From a virus: a DNA stretch of 17,538 nucleotides. Location of the stretch: the UHGV virus genome UHGV-0202355; one strand, given 5' to 3'. The position numbers were made by a program, and so were the translations under genes. Positions 15,438 through 17,538 of the stretch are shown piece after piece. Every line of letters begins with the position of its first letter. Position 1 is the first letter of the stretch. The notes beneath the pieces are model-generated. The model was not told the DNA's origin. It did not search any database and saw only the letters and a program-made list of their open reading frames with translations.

Positions 15438-15635
15438 TCATTGATAATGATCATTTATTTTAACGCAGCATCTAACAGCGTCGACAATTTCACAGACCTG
15501 AGAGGCTGTATCGAAAAGCTGACGCGCTTTATCCAGGCTGACGCATCCCACCAATAAAAAAGGCACCAGTATCTCTACCAGTGCCCATTTCGCCGCCGTT
15601 CGCGGCATTCTGTGCGTCCAGTGTTTTCTGCTCAT
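15438..15635 (-). CDS. putative small lipoprotein (signal peptide with LLVGC lipobox), about 65 aa precursor
   Basis: Internal ATG 15635, 15 nt after the endolysin stop. Translation MSRKHWTHRMPRTAAKWALVEILVPFLLVGC|VSLDKARQLFDTASQVCEIVDAVRCCVKINDHYQ has a basic n-region, a hydrophobic h-region and an L-V-G-C lipobox. Not Pro-rich, so not a typical o-spanin. Confidence 0.45.
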   Translation of the reverse strand: MSRKHWTHRMPRTAAKWALVEILVPFLLVGCVSLDKARQLFDTASQVCEIVDAVRCCVKINDHYQ

Positions 15636-15649
15636 AACACACCTGGTTA

Positions 15650-16027
15650 TCAGCGTTTCAACTGAAAGTGAGGCCCGTCTTTCAGTGTTTTCCAGTCCCC
15701 GCCCCATTCGATGGCAGTCCCCAGCTCTGCAGCAGCCTGCTTAAATGCCTGCGCGATTTTCTCGTACAGAGGCCAGTCCCATGACACCTGGCTGCCAATG
15801 TAGGCCACAACATCCACCGCATCACCGGTCAGGTGGCGGCTGTTCATGGTCTGGCTTTTCCCTTCCGCGACCAGCTGTTTCTGGCGATACTTACTGCGCA
15901 GGCCTTCCGTAATACCGAAATCAACCTCCGTCAGCTCCAGCGCACGGCGAACGACAGCAACCAGCTGTGGTTTAACGCCCTCCAGATTCTTTTCGCTGCG
16001 ACGACTAAATCTGAATTTACCCGACAT
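15650..16027 (-). CDS. endolysin, peptidase M15 family (L-alanyl-D-glutamate endopeptidase-like), about 125 aa, no signal peptide
   Basis: Zn-peptidase-like motifs (SRHLTGDAVDV, DWKTLKDGPHFQL) in a small soluble protein directly downstream of two membrane-protein genes. Start at ATG 16027; the ORF-track start at 16033 is GTG. Confidence 0.8.
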   Translation of the reverse strand: MSGKFRFSRRSEKNLEGVKPQLVAVVRRALELTEVDFGITEGLRSKYRQKQLVAEGKSQTMNSRHLTGDAVDVVAYIGSQVSWDWPLYEKIAQAFKQAAAELGTAIEWGGDWKTLKDGPHFQLKR

Positions 16028-16029
16028 AT

Positions 16030-16305
16030 TCACCTCAACAATGGAAAGATTTTTGTGACGTTCCCGCGTGCGCGTATCACCAGCACGCAGAACAGCAGGT
16101 TAAAAAACACTTCCAGCCAGCCCGTTGCTAACGGGCGACCACACAGATAGCTGAGGGGCGCAAAGGCATACAGCAGCATCAGCAGCCAGGCCAGCCATGA
16201 CATCAGCGGTTTATGTCTGGAATCACGGCGACGATAAAAAAAGAGCGTCAGCACGATAACCGTGCATAACGCCACATTCAGTAATCCGGGAAGGTTACTT
16301 AACAT
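16030..16305 (-). CDS. small 3-TM membrane protein, holin- or antiholin-like, 91 aa
   Basis: Internal ATG 16305 preceded by GGAGGAGG at 5 nt, overlapping the upstream gene by 11 nt. Three hydrophobic segments (LLNVALCTVIVLTLFFY, LMSWLAWLLMLLYAFAPLSYL, WLEVFFNLLFCVLVI); lies between the putative holin and the endolysin. Confidence 0.6.
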   Translation of the reverse strand: MLSNLPGLLNVALCTVIVLTLFFYRRRDSRHKPLMSWLAWLLMLLYAFAPLSYLCGRPLATGWLEVFFNLLFCVLVIRARGNVTKIFPLLR

Positions 16306-16687
16306 TGCCGCCTCCTCCGCCACGCAGACGGGAGAACAGGCCGGACACCAGTGATGCAATATCCTGCTGGTGGATGAATGACAGAATCTTCACCGACACC
16401 ACTGACACCAGTACTGCACACAGTGCGTCAACAGGTGCACCGTCAAACCCTGTATGCTTTACCAGCCAGGATGCCAGAACCTCTGCGCCCAGCACGCCGA
16501 TAATGAACGACACCAGAAAATGCGCCGCCACACGCCAGGCTGAAAGCGCCTGCGGCATCGTTGCCACAAATAACGCCCCGGCGAACGCACCAAACACAAT
16601 CCCGAAATCCGTTCCGGTAAACAGCCCGAATACCGTCGCCCCACCGAGCGCCGCAGCCGTGCCGGAACCGGACAAGGGTTCAGACAT
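16295..16687 (-). CDS. putative holin (Gly-rich multi-TM membrane protein), 130 aa
   Basis: First gene after the terminator cluster. AGGAGA lies 7 nt upstream of ATG 16687. Several hydrophobic Gly/Ala-rich segments and a charged C-terminal tail. Confidence 0.6.
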   Translation of the reverse strand: MSEPLSGSGTAAALGGATVFGLFTGTDFGIVFGAFAGALFVATMPQALSAWRVAAHFLVSFIIGVLGAEVLASWLVKHTGFDGAPVDALCAVLVSVVSVKILSFIHQQDIASLVSGLFSRLRGGGGGNVK

Positions 16688-16704
16688 ACTTTTTTCTCCT
16701 GTAA

Positions 16705-16728
16705 ATAAAAAAGGGCCGCCAGCGGCCC
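16705..16728 (-). terminator. intrinsic terminator immediately upstream of the lysis cassette
   Basis: Minus strand reads GGGCCGC-UG-GCGGCCC followed by UUUUUUAUUU; plus-strand hairpin 16713-16728, A-run 16705-16712. Confidence 0.65.
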
Positions 16729-16815
16729 GTAATAAAACACCCCGTCGAAGGCATCCACCGATGTCTTTTATGTGATGTATTCAGATTCAATACACGTTGA
16801 GTGAAACGCAGATAT

Positions 16816-16839
16816 AAAAAAGGCCCGCCGCAGCGAACC
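16816..16839 (-). terminator. intrinsic terminator, related in sequence to those at 16705 and 15126
   Basis: Minus strand reads GGUUCGC-UGCG-GCGGGCC (two G-U pairs) followed by UUUUUUAU. Confidence 0.5.
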
Positions 16840-16861
16840 ATAAAGAAACGAGATTCTGAAT

Positions 16862-16887
16862 AAAAAAAACCGCCGGATACGGCGGTT
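16862..16887 (-). terminator. strong intrinsic terminator
   Basis: Minus strand reads AACCGCCG-UAUC-CGGCGGUU followed by a U-run of 8; plus-strand hairpin 16868-16887, A-run 16862-16869. Confidence 0.7.
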
Positions 16888-17248
16888 GGTCAATGCAAGA
16901 AATACATTCTTAATTGTAATAAAACCGAGGTGTCGGGTGCCTCCCGAAGTATTCCGTCCTGTATGAATACTGTGATTTCCCGTTAAACCGACTCTTTTAA
17001 CCACCCTCGCTCTGAGGAACACCCCGGTGGTGTTATTTACAACACCAGAATGATGCATCACCGACCCTGCCAGGAAATACAAAATCTCCACCAGCAATGC
17101 ACCATTCTGCTGTCGCAGAAAAATCAGCACTGAGGCTAACCTGGCCTCAAATCATAGCCAGAGAACAGAATGCTTTTTCAAAACAACCTGCTCCCACGTA
17201 ATAAAAAATACGCCAGTGCTGCAATACAATAAGGCTTATTTCAAATGC

Positions 17249-17323
<75 letters not shown>

Positions 17324-17326
17324 ATA

Positions 17327-17402
<76 letters not shown>

Positions 17403-17538
17403 ATTGGTTCCTCAGGAAAAATAAAAATGACCGCGCTTTACATCTCCCTTGGAACCGCAGGGAATATTAATGAGGACAGATACTTTTTCAATTAAAAACT
17501 GTGTCAATATTCGTAAATATATGTATAAATTTCTATTA

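Noticed and set aside
15438-15635. Small lipoprotein interpreted as an Rz1-type o-spanin
   Set aside because: The mature part is not proline-rich and no partner i-spanin gene is visible, so it is kept only as a generic lipoprotein.
16768-17130. Minus-strand 120-aa ORF spanning the terminator cluster
   Set aside because: It runs through three intrinsic terminators, has low-complexity sequence and no SD; it is most likely non-coding.

Overview
The window is the late (lysis plus morphogenesis) region of a lambda-like, cos-packaging siphovirus prophage, with every supported gene on the minus strand. Reading in the direction of transcription (high to low coordinates): two tandem tRNA genes (Thr-UGU, Gly-UCC), about 360 bp of non-coding DNA ending in three tandem intrinsic terminators, a lysis cassette (two small membrane proteins, an M15-peptidase endolysin, a small lipoprotein), five small accessory genes of unknown function punctuated by terminators, a lambda-like cos site, then terminase small and large subunits, a gpW-like protein, portal, a ClpP-protease/major-capsid fusion, a DUF2190-like head protein, FII-, Z-, U-like proteins, major tail protein V, tail chaperones G/GT with a -1 frameshift, a 1010-aa tape measure, M, and the N-terminus of L running off the window. 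Calls rest on gene order, the supplied ORF translations, manual translation, ribosome-binding sites and recalled lambda protein and cos sequences; no database search was possible. I found no CRISPR array, IS element, integrase or rRNA. The least explained and most interesting parts are the five small accessory genes between lysis and cos (three of them Cys-rich), the lysis cassette lacking a recognisable spanin pair, and the phage-borne tRNA pair.
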